24,000 nucleotides of DNA from an uncultured Candidatus Poseidoniales archaeon. Its GTDB lineage: Archaea > Thermoplasmatota > Poseidoniia > Poseidoniales > Thalassarchaeaceae. Of this stretch, positions 23,420-24,000 are shown in pieces. Location of the stretch: positions 1 through 24,000 of the forward strand of contig CAZXVR010000002.1 of the NCBI GenBank assembly GCA_964644485.1, written 5' to 3'. The stretch's first letter is position 1; each line of letters begins with the position of its first letter. The notes below the pieces were generated by a model. That model was not told the origin of the DNA, did not search any database, and saw only the letters and a program-made list of their open reading frames with translations. Position numbers and translations under genes: made by a program.

Positions 23420-24000
23420 TTAGCCATATAGTGCGCTGGGCCAAACCGAATGGATATGATGCAACAAATCTTCGGCTTGAGCCTTATCGACATTTTCGAG
23501 GAGAGTGGAGGCCAGAGTTTGGGTTCGCTTGGGCACCGTTTTGGGCCCCAATACTGCTCCTGGTCGCCTAGGATCGTCCAGATAATCTGTCTCCATCGTC
23601 CACGTAGATGAGCACTGAAGATACGAATCCATTATTGCTGAGATACTATCTTTGCCCATACTGACTGATGCCGAGAGGCCGTGGGTGAAGGATTCACTGA
23701 CATTTGCCGGAGCATAATGGTGAACTGCACGCTTGCGAATCATCCCTGAACGGTCACAAATTGCAGCCAATTCAGCATTTGTCTGAGGGCCGTTTTCCTC
23801 TACGTGTAACTGGATGGGGGCATTGGCCTGTGATGCCATATGCATGACGGTGTGCAATTGTTGATTTGCAGCATCCCATATCTCATCCGAAACTGGATAA
23901 TGAGGGCGCCCCACTTCACCCAAAGCAACAGCATCACCTTCAGCGCAATATTCCAACGCAAGGCCGACGGAATCAAGATGCAATTGTGTGGATTCCTCCA
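23420..24000 (-). CDS. TatD-like metal-dependent hydrolase (amidohydrolase superfamily), N-terminus beyond the right edge
   Basis: The frame stays open to the window end (the track start 23983 is only a TTG). Blocks such as ...AVALGEVGRPHYPV..., ...PIQLHVEE... and ...AVHHYAP... resemble TatD-family hydrolases. The assignment is tentative. Confidence 0.45.
   Translation of the reverse strand, partial: EESTQLHLDSVGLALEYCAEGDAVALGEVGRPHYPVSDEIWDAANQQLHTVMHMASQANAPIQLHVEENGPQTNAELAAICDRSGMIRKRAVHHYAPANVSESFTHGLSASVSMGKDSISAIMDSYLQCSSTWTMETDYLDDPRRPGAVLGPKTVPKRTQTLASTLLENVDKAQAEDLLHHIHSVWPSALYG

Noticed and set aside
23420-24000. TatD-like hydrolase as the missing chain-release (thioesterase-like) enzyme of the megasynthase
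   Set aside because: The family assignment is itself tentative. TatD-type enzymes are nucleases or phosphoesterases. The palindrome-rich leader and TATA-like element suggest a separate transcription unit. No sequence evidence links them.

Overview
The window is about 90% coding. I found no rRNA, CRISPR array, IS element, integrase or phage genes. The gene content suggests an archaeal chromosome: a nop5-fibrillarin operon, transcription factor S and PCNA are archaeal/eukaryal-type informational genes. This is an inference, since no database search was possible. Bacterial-type accessory genes are interleaved with them. Gene order, left to right: (1) the 3' end of an acyl-CoA (methylmalonyl-CoA family) mutase catalytic subunit (+); (2) an aquaporin (-); (3) a translationally coupled minus-strand trio: a divergent Lgt-family transferase, then a Cys-rich radical SAM enzyme with Tes/class-D-like architecture, then an acidic internally repeated membrane protein; (4) a strong terminator; (5) an aquaporin paralogue that has lost both NPA motifs; (6) nop5-flpA-fpg with overlapping stop/start codons (-); (7) divergent tfs-pcna-GT2 (+); (8) an FGE-sulfatase-domain protein and an MsbA/MdlB-type ABC exporter (-); (9) tRNA-Gly(UCC) (-). 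The outstanding feature follows: a minus-strand operon of fabI, a 2,753-aa type I FAS/PKS-like megasynthase (KS-AT-carrier-like-KS-ACP-ACP-KR-DH) and an Sfp-type phosphopantetheinyl transferase. A TatD-like hydrolase gene lies upstream of it and runs off the right edge. Points worth follow-up: an ACP-dependent megasynthase physically linked to archaeal housekeeping genes; Thr instead of the phosphopantetheine-accepting Ser in both tandem ACPs; a 209-bp perfect direct repeat that encodes those ACPs; a TTG start in frame with and 9 nt after the fabI stop codon; a palindrome-rich leader upstream of the operon; and the Lgt-like/radical-SAM lipid-modification module. All family assignments come from motif recognition by eye and need HMM/BLAST confirmation.
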